Source: Octopus bimaculoides (lineage: Eukaryota). Taken from it: a DNA stretch of 64,000 nt. Positions 1 to 12,344 of this stretch are shown here, piece after piece. The stretch spans positions 58,894,287 through 58,958,286 of the forward strand of contig NC_068982.1 in assembly GCF_001194135.2 (NCBI RefSeq). The letters are read 5' to 3'. The position numbers and the translations under genes were made by a program. The stretch's first letter is position 1. Each line of letters opens with the position of its first letter. The notes beneath the pieces were generated by a model. That model ran no database searches and had not been told where the DNA came from. It saw only the letters and a list, made by a program, of their open reading frames with translations.

Positions 1-24
1 GAGTAGACATGTTTTCGGCAGTAT

Positions 25-400
25 AAAGGTTAAACATAGATTCACATTTTGATATCTCAAATATAACCTTCCAAAAACCTCTTAAGACCTACCCCCTCAC
101 AAGATCCCTGCTTAAATTATCCAAGATCACTTTCATCAGCAGATTTTACTGGTGTAAACACTCTGCAACCGTCCGTACAGAAGTAAAACTCATTTCCATA
201 GGCATTCACGGAACATTTACGATAACTAGAAAAAAGTCAGAGAAGTATTGACCCACGTGGAATTGATGTATTTAATGGAACCTACATGGGAAGAGTGACC
301 TGAAAATGTGACTTTTTAGAATTTTCTGCTAAAGTATTTTGCAATTGCTCCCTAACTTCTAGGATTTCGACTGATTTTAAGTCTCTTATACCAGACAGTT
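25..400 (-). mobile_element. Heavily decayed non-LTR retrotransposon RT fragment (CR1/L2/Jockey-like)
   Basis: Manual minus-strand translation across frames gives VPLNTSIPRGSILL*LF (cf. SGVPQGSxLGPLLF), FCTDGCRVFTPVKS (cf. FADDxK) and FWKVIFEISKCESM (cf. WxxxFNxSKCxxM), in the expected order but with stops and frameshifts. Confidence 0.45.
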
Positions 401-714
401 TCAGAGACTCTACTGAAGACCAGATTTACGAAAAATTACCCTTCATTCCATGAACAGCGACATACCATAACCCAGTAGGTATTAACCATCATTCTAACAA
501 TAGTAAAAACGAGTAACGGTAGCAACCGTGACAACGCCAAAATGAAAACACGCGAAAAACTCGAACTGAATACAATGGTAAACATCTGTCCAATTACAAC
601 GAAAGTTAGAACGGGAACAGCAAGAACAACAATAACAACGGCAACATAACAATACTAACAATAACCACGACAACACTGAAAGAATGCAAAAAGAAAATCC
701 CAAATAACTTTGTT

Positions 715-926
715 ATAGGTTTCAAATTTTGGCACAAGACCATCAAGTTCGGGAGAGGAACGAAGTCGATTACATCGACCTCAGTGCACAACTGGTACAT
801 ATTTTATCGATCCCGAAAAGATAAAAGGCAAAGTTGATCACGGTGGTATTTGAGCTCAGAACATAAAGACGAAGTACCGCTAAGCACTATGCCCGGCATG
901 CTAACGATTCTGCCAGCTCGCCGCTT
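715..926 (-). mobile_element. SINE type C (tRNA-like head plus Meta-domain-like core)
   Basis: Reverse complement has GGCGAGCTGGCAGAATCGTTAGC head, TTCTGAGCTCAAAT box, the CTTTGCCTTT..GATAAAAT..GTACCAG core and the GTGCCAAAATTTGAAACC end; more than 20 related copies in the window. Confidence 0.85.
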
Positions 927-1004
927 TAAATAACTTTATTATATAAATCACCATGTTTACAATTATTCTTTATAGGTACAAAAATCTTTTGAGATTGAAC
1001 AGTA

Positions 1005-1122
1005 GATTATATCGACCAGAATAGCAGAAAAGCGTTTGTTTTATCGATCCCGGAAGGATGAATGGTGATGTCAACCTTGGTAGGATTTGAAGGATTTTGC
1101 CCGACGCCTTAACGATTCTGTC
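1005..1122 (-). mobile_element. SINE type C fragment
   Basis: ttttatcgatcccggaaggatgaa and aacgattctgtc match the type C core and head. Confidence 0.65.
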
Positions 1123-1227
1123 AATAAACAAAGCTACGCAGTTTACAACAACAACAACATCAACAACACTCGCACTAACCAATGTGGTATTCTCTATGTG
1201 GTCGTGCAAGTTGTTAAAAACAGCAAC

Positions 1228-1365
1228 CGAAGAAATCTTAAATTACTCATTCTACCTTCATAAAGAGGAAGGACACATTAGATAATACAGTCCTAGATAT
1301 ACTTTAAAAAAATGGTAGTCATGGCTGGAATGCCTTTTGCCAGAACTGACTCAGGGCTAAACAAA
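1228..1365 (+). repeat. Dispersed repeat F fragment
   Basis: ggacacattagataatacagtcctagatatac...catggctggaatgcc...agggctaaacaa; related segments near 36930, 38350 and 45650. Confidence 0.55.
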
Positions 1366-1399
1366 AGTACTAGTTTGTACTACGATTTTGATAATTGTT

Positions 1400-1612
1400 A
1401 TAGCTCTATGCAGTAGTGAATGGGCATAGACACTCGCTCGATTCTCCCAGTCACTCACTTTCATCCAGAGGAACATTTTTAGCTGAATAGAATGGAGCAT
1501 CGTAAAATGGAATGTACTGTTCGAACACATAATGCACCTCCCCGCATCGTCCAGGAATCGAAACTACAACCATACAATCATGAGCTCAGCAACATAGCCA
1601 CTAGGCCACGGT
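1400..1612 (-). mobile_element. Old SINE with a type D-like head
   Basis: Minus strand GTGGCCTAGTGG A-box, GTTTCGATTCC B-box, then degenerate ttttacgatgctccattc..ctcagct body like the D copies. Confidence 0.5.
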
Positions 1613-1614
1613 AT

Positions 1615-1952
1615 GGGTAAAAGACCCCCTTCGGTCATGAATGACCATAGGTTTGCATCTAGAAAGTTACCCTCCGAGGAACGAGTCCGAGCAAGTTTGT
1701 TTATGGAAGACCAACAGTTGCCCATGCATACCAGCCTCACCTCTCCACGCCACTGATGTCCAAGAGAAATCAAAGGTTGATACAGCATGGCATCAGTGAC
1801 ATCGCAGCACATTTCTACAGCTGAGTGAACTGGAGCAACATGAAATAAAGTGTTTTTGCTCAAGAACACTACACACAGCCCGGTCCGGGAAATTGAACTC
1901 ACTACCTCACGATTGTGAGGCCGACACTCTGACCACTGAGCCACGCGTCTTC
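1615..1952 (-). mobile_element. SINE type D with tail Z (tRNA-Met-like head, CORE-like GTTCTTGAGCAA segment)
   Basis: Aligns along its length to 33390-33733 and 55276-55569; A and B boxes present; ends GAAGGGGGTCTTTTACCC. Confidence 0.9.
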
Positions 1953-2022
1953 ACTTTCATAACAGTAGCATTACTAAAAATAACATTATCATTAGCAATA
2001 ACATCAGAAGTTACTCTAATAC

Positions 2023-2194
2023 TGGTTTCTAACTTCGGCTCAAGATAAGCAGTTGAGAGACAGTGGATTGAATCAACCCCACTAAATAGCTGGTACTTTA
2101 TTTTATCGATTCGAAAGAATGAAAGGCAAAGTTGACCTTAGCGAAATTTGAACTCAGTGTGCAGAATTGGAACAAAGAACAAATATTGCAAGGC
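2023..2194 (-). mobile_element. SINE type C interrupted by the type A insertion (head resumes at about 2536-2556)
   Basis: Core ttttatcgattcgaaagaatgaaaggcaaagttgacc; head remnant ctctatcgactctgcc follows the second TSD. Confidence 0.7.
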
Positions 2195-2207
2195 ATTCTT
2201 TCCAATG

Positions 2208-2522
2208 GAGGCGCAATCGCTCAGTGGTTAGGGCAGCGGACTCGCGGTCGGAGGATTGCGGTTTCGATTCCCAGACCGGGCGTTGTGTGTGTGTTTATTG
2301 AGCGAAAACACCTAAAGTTCCACGAGGCTCCGACAGGAGGTGGTGGCGACCCCTGTTGTACTCTTTCGCCCCAACTTTCTCTCACTCTTTCTTCCTGTTT
2401 CTTGAGTAACGCTGCGATGGACTGGCGTCCCGTCCAGCTGGGGGGAACACACACGCTATAGAAACCGGGAAACCGGGTCCATGAGCCTGGCTAGGCTTTA
2501 AAAGGGCGCATAAATAAATAAA
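2208..2522 (+). mobile_element. SINE type A head with alternative tail Y (V-domain-like)
   Basis: Exact 13-bp TSD attctttccaatg at 2195-2207 and 2523-2535; head matches 11672, 46592 and 63465 copies; tail gctgcgatggactggcgtcccgtccag...aaagggcgca(taaa)n differs. Confidence 0.9.
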
Positions 2523-2620
2523 ATTCTTTCCAATGCTCTATCGACTCTGCCAAAAACAACACTATCAGCAGTAACGGCAGCAGCAGCACCAACAGCAATA
2601 ACAGCAGTAATACTAATAAT

Positions 2621-2830
2621 TGTTTCTGATTTAGGTACAAGGCCAGCAATTTTTAGGGATTGGTGATTAGTTGACACTATCGCCTCTAGCACTTGAGCAG
2701 TACTTTATTTTATGGACCCCGAAAGGATAATGGAAGACAAATTTGACCTCGACGGGATTCGAACTCAGAACGTAAAGATTCGGAACAAATACTGCGAAGC
2801 ATTCTTTCTGACACTCTAATGACTCAACCA
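2621..2830 (-). mobile_element. SINE type C, diverged
   Basis: ggtacaaggccagcaatttt, gaccccgaaaggat and gaactcagaacgtaaaga motifs. Confidence 0.75.
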
Positions 2831-2959
2831 AAACAGCATCGTCATCGTCGTCAACGCCAGCAACAAAAGCACTAATATTAAGAACACTCACTACATCAAT
2901 ATCAATAAAATTTCTCATCAGACATTTCTTATAAAACAAAATATTTGATAGCTATAACT

Positions 2960-4224
2960 TAATTGAACAGCTCTGTTCGATACAGTTCAATTTCTCAACA
3001 AACCTTCCTCTATCCTGTCACACTCTATCCTTCTTTCTTTCTACAAATCAATCTCTTCTACAAAACCTCTTTATTTCTTCACATTTAGAAACTCTGCTTT
3101 GTCTCTCAACAAATCCGCTGCTGTCCCTTTACAAACTCAACCCTCTCTCCCTGCAAAATTTCCCCCTTCTCTGTAAACTCTCCTTTGTCCCTCTAGAAAC
3201 CATGTTCAACCCTCTGCAAATCCTCTCCTATTCCTCTACAAACCATCCTCACCGTCACCTACAAATCCTACTTCAATCTTCTGCAAAATCACTCCCATTC
3301 CTCGACAAATCCTCTTCTATTTCTCTATAAACCTTCCTCTATCCCTCTTCAAACCATCGCCATCGTCTCCTACAAATTCTTCTTTAATTTCCTAAACATT
3401 CCTCCTAATCCCCCCACGATTCTTCCCCTATCCCTCTACAAACCTTCTCCTATCCCTCTACTAACCTTCCTCTACAATCATCGCCAACGTCCCCTAAAAA
3501 CCCTTCTTGAGTCTACAAAATATCTCCATTTACTCTACAATCCCTCTCCATCAATCTACAAACCTTCCAACATCACCTCCAAATAATTCTTTAATCTTCT
3601 ATAAAAATTCCTCCTATTCCTCTACGAACCCTCGCTCATCTCTTTACACATCACCACATATGTCTACATCTATGCTTTTTCCGCCCCTTTCTAGTCCCTT
3701 CCCGTCTTACAAATTCTTTGCTTCATTTCCTGACTAGATCATCAGCCTTCCTCTATCTCTCTTCAAACCATCCCCATCATCTCCTACAAATTCTTCTTTC
3801 CTAAACATTCCTCCTACTCCCCCACAACGCCTCCCTTATCCCTCTACAAGCCATCCCCACCGTCCCCAAAAAATCCTCCTTGAATTTGTAAAATCTCTTC
3901 CATTCCTCTCTAAAAACTCTCCCCAATCCCTCTATAAACCTTCCCTTATCCCTCTATCAATCATCTCCAATGTGCCCTAAAAATCCTTCTTCAATCTACA
4001 GAATCCCTCCGGTTCCTCTACAATTCTTCCCCATCAATCTACAGACCTTCCAACGTTGTCCCCTAATAATTATAATCTTTCTTTAATCTTCAGCAAAATC
4101 CCTCCTATTCCTTTACGAACCCTCGCCCATCTCCCTACATATCACCTCATGTCTACATTTATGCTCCCCCCCCACTCTAGCCCTTTACCGTCTTATAAAT
4201 TCTTTGCCTCATTTCCTCACTAGA
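2960..4224. repeat. C/T-rich, G-poor degenerate minisatellite with a higher-order duplication
   Basis: Recurrent ~20-nt unit like cccctatccctctacaaacctt; blocks ~3330-3738 and ~3739-4224 are diverged copies of each other. Confidence 0.8.
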
Positions 4225-4249
4225 CCACCAGCCAAAGAGTCAGTCAGAC

Positions 4250-4700
4250 AAGCAACCATCACCACCACCATCACCACCACCACCACCACTACCACCACCA
4301 CCACCGTCATTACCTCCACAACCATCACCACGACCAACACCATGACCACCACCATCACTACCATCGCCACACCACCACCTCCAACACCACCATCATCACC
4401 ACCACCACCACCATCTCCACTTCCATCACTACAANNNNNNNNNNNNNNNNNNNNNNNNNNNNNNNNNNNNNNNNNNNNNNNNNNNNNNNNNNNNNNNNNN
4501 NNNNNNNNNNNNNNNNNNNNNNNNNNNNNNNNNNNNNNNNNNNNNNNNNNNNNNNNNNNNNNNNNNNNNNNNNNNNNNNNNNNNNNNNNNNNNNNNNNNN
4601 NNNNNNNNNNNNNNNNNNNNNNNNNNNNNNNNNNNNNNNNNNNNNNNNNNNNNNNNNNNNNNNNNNNNNNNNACAACCACCACCACCACCACCACCACCG
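4250..4700. repeat. (CAC/CAT)n trinucleotide tract spanning an N-gap
   Basis: Visible directly; source of the poly-T/poly-V ORFs. Confidence 0.9.
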
Positions 4701-5600
4701 ACCCTTGCCAACCAGCCAACGACGCAGCCTGTCAAATATCTTAAACACACACTGACACATTCCGAATATAAAGCAATATAAATTTTAACACTTTTTAATA
4801 ATAATTTTCTTCGGTCTTCTTTATTCGTTCGCTAATTTATCCGTTAATTAACTTATCCATTAATCCATTTATTCCTATTTCTTTATTTGATGACCGTTTT
4901 CCTTTCTTTTATAATTGTCATTGTTATTTTCGTTGTTATTGTTTTTTTCTTTTGTTATTTTCTGTTCTTGCTGTTTTGTTCTTTGTACCAAAGCGGCTCG
5001 ATTCCTTTTTGTTTGATGTAGCTTACCTGTGTGTTCACAATGCAAATTTATTCAACTGTGTTAATTGCCATACAAGTGTTAAGACACAGAGATTGTGTAC
5101 ATACGCATGCGTGTACGTGTGTATACGTTTTTGTATGTCTGTGTGAGTCTTATATTACTAAGGCTATTAGCTACATTTTTTCGGGGTTTTTTTTTGCTTT
5201 ACTAGCAGTGGTTTTTTTTTTTTGTAATTCTTGTTGTTGTTATGTTCTTTTATTAACTCTAAACAGATGATGTTATCTTGGAGAATATTGCCAATCACCA
5301 TCTCAGTTCCAACAAAGCCAGCAACTGGCAGAAAAGACATTAGCACCTTTGCTGACACACTTTAGTTCCGACACCAATCGTTTGGCAATATGGCAGCTGA
5401 GCTGACCGAACAGTTAATTAACAAACCAACCATAAAGTCCATTGCTTCATTATATTATACCTTTACGTTATTATTATCATTATTTATTATCAACATCGCC
5501 ATTGTTACTGTTATTATCCAGTAGTCTTATGTTTATTGCATGCTTCTACTGCACTACAGAGCGCAGCTCTGTGTGCCTTTGATAGGTACTGAGGATTGTT

Positions 5601-5644
<44 letters not shown>

Positions 5645-5672
5645 ATAATAATAATAATAATAATAATAATAA

Positions 5673-6465
5673 GGCGAGCTGGCAGAATCGTTACCGCGCT
5701 GGGTAAAATGCCTAGCAGCGTTTCGTCCGTCTTTAAGTTCTGAGTTCAAATTCTGTCGAGATTGACATTGTCTTTCATCCTTTCGGGGTCGATAAAATAA
5801 GTACCTGCTGAGTACTGGGGGGTGGGGGGGGTGTCAATGCAATCGACTTATCCTCTCTCCCACTCTAAAATTGCTGACCTTGAAATTCCTCTGGCGGCAT
5901 TTGGTCCATATTTACGTTTAAGTGCCGTCGAAATCGACTTTGCCTCTCATCCTTTGGAAGTTGATTAAAAATAAGTATCAGTCAAAACCCGGGGTCGATG
6001 TAATCGATTTAACCCTCACCCCTAAAATTGCTGGCCTTCTGCAAAAATTTGAAACCATTATTGTGAGCTGGCAGAATCGTCTGCATGCCGTGCAAGATGC
6101 TTAGCGGCATTTCGTCTGTCTTTACGTCTGGAGTTCAAATTCCGCTGAGGTCGATTTTGTCTGTCCTCTTTTCGGGTCGATGAAATAAGTATACGTCAAG
6201 TACTGGGATCGATGTAAATGACTAGACTCATATCCGAAAATCTGAGGCATTGTGCTTATAGTAGAAATGATTGTCATTATCATCATCATCATCATCATCA
6301 TCATCTTATGTTCTGAACTCAAATTTAGCCGCGGTTGACTTTGTCTTTCATACTTTTGGGGGGTCGATAAAATAAGTACCAGTTGTGCACTTGGGGTTAA
6401 TTACATCGACTTGCAGCCTCCCTGAAAATTTCAGGCCTTGTGCTTATAGCAGAAAGAATTGTTAT
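5673..6465 (+). mobile_element. Tandem cluster of four type C SINEs (about 5673-5885, 5890-6062, 6063-6300, 6305-6465)
   Basis: Four consecutive same-strand copies of the gtcgactttg(c/t)ctttcatcc..gataaaataagtac core, preceded by a (TAC)n(TAA)n tract. Confidence 0.85.
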
Positions 6466-7545
6466 TACACAAACTTATCAGTACTTAAACTTTTTATTGT
6501 TACTTTTTATTCTCCTTGTAGATTTTGATTTATTTAAATGTAACTTGAGGTATTTCGTATTAAGAAGAGAATAAAAACCGACATAGTTTGCATAAGATCT
6601 TGTAGTGTTTTAATGTCTTTTTTTCTTTAAAGTTTCTATATCCTATGATTGAACAACAATAAGAATTATTGTCTTTTTAAATGTTATTATTTTGTCTTTC
6701 ATTTAAATAATCATATTATTATTTCCGTTTTGTTTGTTCTTTGATAATTAATGGACAAAGAAGAAATATTTGAAACATTAATATGGAAGAAAAGCCCCAA
6801 AGTTGTCGGTCTCAAACAAACAAACACAAAAATACGAAAGTATAGCAGAGATTGGCACGTGGGTGTAACAGGGAATTGAAAGAGGACAGAAAATTATCAG
6901 GAATTAGAAAATTGTAACAAGTTTTCATTGCATTTGACACCAGCTGCCAACACTCTTTCACTCTTTGTCTCAACAGAAATCTCAGCATATATGGAATTTC
7001 ACTGGAACCAAACGGGTAAGAGACGGAAGAAATTTCATTAGAAGTTATAATGAATGTACAGTTGGTGCTACAAAGACTTTTTATCATACGTTTCTTTTAT
7101 ATAATAATCACTTACTTCGTAAAGACAAGAGATAAAGAGATATCACACGAGATATAAAGATATCCCCAGAGATAAAGAGGGGGAAATTGTTGAGCCAGAC
7201 ATGAAAATAAATGAGAAGAAAAAACAAAAAAAAGACAATAGAGAAAAACTCTAAACACGGTGTTAAAAATGAACGAAAATCCCAAATGTATAATGACAAT
7301 GACAATGATAGGAAACAGTATAAAGTGGAAATAGAAAAAAAAAAATGTTGCTGACACGGATATTGAGGGTTTAACTACATTGCCCATGATTCAGAGTTCA
7401 CGTCCCATAAGAGAAACATTTGCCTGAACAAGCTACGTACTTTCTTTGTAGCAGGAAAGCCACAAACGTTTTATAGCACAAGCGGGAATGCTTTGGTTTG
7501 ATTCAATAAGCAGGAATCAAGACAAAAGGGGGGAAATATATGTAC

Positions 7546-7547
<2 letters not shown>

Positions 7548-7590
<43 letters not shown>

Positions 7591-8034
7591 NNNNNNNNNN
7601 NNNNNNNNNNNNNNNNNNNNNNNNNNNNNNNNNNNNNNNNNNNNNNNNNNNNNNNNNNNNNNNNNNNNNNNNNNNNNNNNNNNNNNNNNNNNNNNNNNNN
7701 NNNNNNNNNNNNNNNNNNNNNNNNNNNNNNNNNNNNNNNNNNNNNNNNNNNNNNNNNNNNNNNNNNNNNNNNNNNNNNNNNNNNNNNNNNNNNNNNNNNN
7801 NNNNNNNNNNNNNNNNNNNNNNNNNNNNNNNNNNNNNNNNNNNNNNNNNNNNNNNNNNNNNNNNNNNNNNNNNNNNNNNNNNNNNNNNNNNNNNNNNNNN
7901 NNNNNNNNNNNNNNNNNNNNNNNNNNNNNNNNNNNNNNNNNNNNNNNNNNNNNNNNNNNNNNNNNNNNNNNNNNNNNNNNNNNNNNNNNNNNNNNNNNNN
8001 NNNNNNNNNNNNNNNNNNNNNNNNNNNNNNNNNN

Positions 8035-8068
<34 letters not shown>
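7548..8068. repeat. (GT)n - gap - (GA)n microsatellite
   Basis: Visible directly. Confidence 0.9.
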
Positions 8069-8070
<2 letters not shown>

Positions 8071-8234
8071 TATTATGAATTCATAATAGAGGTCGTGAAT
8101 TATTCAAAAATCATTCAATTCTAAGCGAGAGTGGAGCAGAAATATCAGAAAGCCAAGTTAAATATCACACAGTGTTGCTTCCATATCTCTTCATTCAAAA
8201 TTCTCTAAAGGGTTAACTTTTTATTTCATCACTT

Positions 8235-8730
8235 CACTATCGGTATTAGAAGCAGATACAAATCATATATTTGTAAAATAACCGTTAGCTTTAAGGGGAA
8301 ATAGTCTTGGATTTTAGTTTATGGAATGCAGTGGTAAAAAAAATTCCACTGTATTTCTGTCTCTGAGTGAATCATGAAATAAACGATTGTGACATTGTTG
8401 TTGCTAGAACCAATTTTAGATCGGGAGTTAAACTAGAATGAAGCCTTTAAACAAAAGATTTCTCAATTAGAATAATTATAAATCAAAAAGGACAATCAAG
8501 AAGATAAAATGCATTTTATCAACTGTTATTCAAACAATAGTTTCCATTAGAATCATTATTAGAATTATTGTGCCAGGAAGATACAGCTTATATGTGGCTA
8601 CTAAGGAGATTCTGGTTTCAGGTTAACAGAACAATTTGAAATTATGGTGTGGTTAGTTGAGGATTCACATCGAAATCATTTAGAGGTGAAGACACTTCAC
8701 AAGCGAGTTTCAATGGTCAGCATATCAAGT
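8235..8730 (+). mobile_element. Decayed PIF/Harbinger-type transposase remnant
   Basis: Across frames: SVLEADTNHIFVK*P (cf. GAIDGTHI), KKFHCISV (cf. RKGFHSINV), VNHEINDCDIVVAR (cf. CDH..VVARWPGS) and GDSGFRL (cf. GDSGYPL), in canonical order. Confidence 0.5.
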
Positions 8731-10102
8731 TTACTAAAGACGAAGAATGCAAGAGAGGCGTTGAAAGCGGATTTAAGATCTGGAGGAAAATAGTTACAAT
8801 ACATACATACATACATATATATATATAAATACACAGACACACATACCTATATANNNNNNNNNNNNNNNNNNNNNNNNNNNNTATATATATGTGTGTGTGT
8901 GTGTGTGTGTAAATACGCACACAGACACAAACACGCACACGCATATGTATGTGTATATATATATTAGTAAATATATAAGCAAAAGAAATTAACTAGCAAC
9001 TAGATTGTTCAGTCAATTTCTTTTGACCAAAATTTCTCACCTGTTAATGAGATATTCTGTACTGACTGCAATTGATAGTCTTCAATGTATTTCATCATGT
9101 ATCAGCCGAGAGCATCGTGTTCAGTCAAAATTTCATTGTAATTGATCTTCAGTTCAGTAAACAATATCCACTCAAGGCTATGCTCCAGCATGGCCTTGGT
9201 CACAATGACTAAAACAAACCACCAAAGAAACACAGCTACTACTGAATTAAGGCAATTATGGACACTGTAAGTTAACTTAAACTTAACAGACTCAGAAAGT
9301 ATTTACTTTTCTATGTAAATCTATTGCTGATTTCATTAAATCTGAATATCATTAATCCTATGATATAAACCAATTTAGCTGTATCTGCCTCTTCGTGTTG
9401 CCTACCAAAATCATTGTTCCTCTCACTTGGGGATATTACAGCTTGTGGCATCGTTACAGAAAAATCAAACGTCTGTATTACAAAGCGATATTGAATATTA
9501 ACCAGAGTTCTGTGACATTAAACCATAACACAATTGACGTGGACAAGACCTCTGCCGTATTATACTCTTCAACAGTCTTCAGGCATTTACACTTTTTGCT
9601 TATATTTTCGAAACCTCACTGGACATTGTTGCCTGTAGCTAATACTAAGGAAGAACTGAATTATTCTTAGACAGTCATTTTCTGATTTTGCCCAATGGAT
9701 TTTTTCCCTGATTCAATAAATTAATTCTTGGTTGCAGAGATTCACCACGAATAATCAGAAAGTAACGAGATACTGATACGATGATTGTAGACTTGATATA
9801 TTCGAAAATAAAAGAGCAGCATAGCATTCTTGGAATTTTCCTTGATATCGTCTTGTTCTCTTTTTATTTATTTTCTAACAAAGTTATTTTCGTTACAGAA
9901 ACAAAGCAGCTAAAAGCAGCGCTTGCCAGTTCGAATCCTTTAGTCAGAGAATATCACATTTTATTTGTTGTATAAAGCAAAACTATAATATGAATTTGGA
10001 TTATAATTATAAAAGCATAGATACTCTCTGTCTCTGTCCCTATCTATCTATCTATCTATCTATCTATTTGTCTGTCTATTTGTCTCTCTGTCTATCTGTC
10101 TA

Positions 10103-10144
<42 letters not shown>

Positions 10145-11089
10145 ACTCTCACTCACATATATGTATATATTATTTGGCTAATGACAACTATTATTTTAAG
10201 CCTCATCTAATTTCATTCGACCAGACTGTTACCATTAATCAAAAACTGTATTTCAATTTAAGATGGTGACAGGTCACCACTATTTCATTGGTTAAAGAAA
10301 CAGTATATGTAAACAGAAACACTAACCATTCACTCGCAGTCACACGTTACTGACAACAAAAGCAGATGCATATCTAATAATCTCTTATGGAAAAGAAATA
10401 CTCAGCAATGCTATCCAATGGTTTTTCCAATACGATGCTGTCCAATGGTGTGTCCACCACAATGCTGTCTACTCTTCTGTGTAGCTAGAAGTAGCTTTTA
10501 CATCAAACTAAGGTACATAAACTCAGAACAAATAATACCTATCACAAAATAGAAGCATTATCTGGTATAACCGTCCTTGTAGCTTAAATGCATTCACGAA
10601 TGATTGCTATGGCTTATATTGCACTAATTACTACATATTTACTTGCATCGGACAACATCATAAAAAAGTGAAGGTTGTTACAAAATCATTAAAAAAAAAT
10701 GAAGGTTATTTATAGTTGTATAGATAACATAGAATTACAAACCTCGAGCAATACAAAATGAACACAACACAAAACAATTTCAGATACATGACAAAGTGTC
10801 ATTTAGATGGAAAATGCCGAATACAATAAAAAGTTAGCAAAAGAATGCAATGGTTGCGGCGAACAGCTGTAGGTGCAACACGTCTTTTCGCAGTTCATTG
10901 CTATCTCTGTGACATGCTGTCGAAAATGGGTCAAGCACAGATCACGCAATTGGTCGATATGATCGACTAGCCCCTTTCTACAAAATTTCACGCCATTGTG
11001 CCTATAGTAGATAGAATTATTATTAATATTATTATTATTATTAATATTATTATTATTAATATTATTATTATTATTATTATTATTATTGC

Positions 11090-11310
11090 TGCGAGCGGGC
11101 AGAATCGTTAGCGCACTGCACGAAATGCACTGCAATATTTCGCCCCTCTTTATATTCAGAATTCAAATTCCGCCGAGGTCGACTTTGCATTTCATCCTTT
11201 CGGGGGTTACAAAATAAGTACCAGTCGAGCATTGATGTCGATGCAATCGACTTGCCCTTTCCACCAATTTCAGACCTTGTACTTATAATAGAAAGAATTA
11301 ATATTATTAT
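11090..11310 (+). mobile_element. SINE type C
   Basis: ggcagaatcgttagc...ccgccgaggtcgactttgcatttcatcctttcgggg...aaaataagtaccag; preceded by an (ATT)n tract. Confidence 0.85.
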
Positions 11311-11671
11311 TTCCGTTTGTGATTTTGAGAAATACATCGAGTGCCATTTCTTACATCAAGAACAATTAGATAATCCTGGAAAGCATGCATTAAAATATAC
11401 AGTATTAACAACGCTTTGCGAAAATACCGTAACAAATTTTATAGACCCAAGTATTGTAATTTTCTGTGTTGTGCGTATGTCTATCCTTATATCTATCAAA
11501 GTATTTACAGATTTAATCGTATACCATTCCAATTGTATCAATTACAAATGATTGATATGTTAATTAAATGTCATAACGTTTTAATTTCAATTGATGATAT
11601 AAATAAATTCTTAGCCTTCCAATTTGCTATAGAAAACTATGATTTTTGCTATTGTTGTGAAGATGATTAGT

Positions 11672-12058
11672 TTGTTGTTGGCACTCCGTCGCTTACGACG
11701 TCGAGAGTTCCAGTTGATCCGATCAACGGAACAAGCCTGCTCATGAAATTAACGTGCAAGTGGCTGAGCACTCCACACACACGTGTACCCTTTATGTAGT
11801 TCTTGGGGATATTCAGCGTGACGCAGTGTGACAAAGCTGATCCTTTGAATTACAGGCACAACAGAAACAGGAAGTAAGAATGAGAGAAAGTTGTGGTGAA
11901 AGAGTACAGCAGGGTTCGCCACCATCCCCTGCCAGAGCCTCGTGGAGCTTTAGGTGTTTTCGCTCAATAAACACTCACAACGCCCGGTCTGGGAATCGAA
12001 ACCGCGATCCTATGACCGCGAGTCCGCTGCCCTAACCACTGGGCCGTTGCGCCTCCAC
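11672..12058 (-). mobile_element. Full-length SINE type A with tail X
   Basis: Exact 13-bp TSD gaagatgattagt at 11659-11671 and 12059-12071; tRNA-like head with A/B boxes; (CAA)n tail. Confidence 0.95.
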
Positions 12059-12344
12059 GAAGATGATTAGTACAATATTGCTATTGTTATCGACGAGACT
12101 ATTGTTAGGCCTTTTAAATTATGTTTGACGGTGTCTTTAAGCTCAAGCTTCGTGATGTCTTCCCATTGCCAATTTTCGAGACAGATGGAAGTACGTATGA
12201 GTGCCACATATATATCTTTCTAAGGAGATGAAAATAGTCGGGCAAGCGCATGGAGATTAACATCGCTACATCATAGCGTCTTCGAGTATTATTCGTGGGA
12301 GCTGCTGTGAGACATTATCCTCATCGGACTGATATTATTAATAA

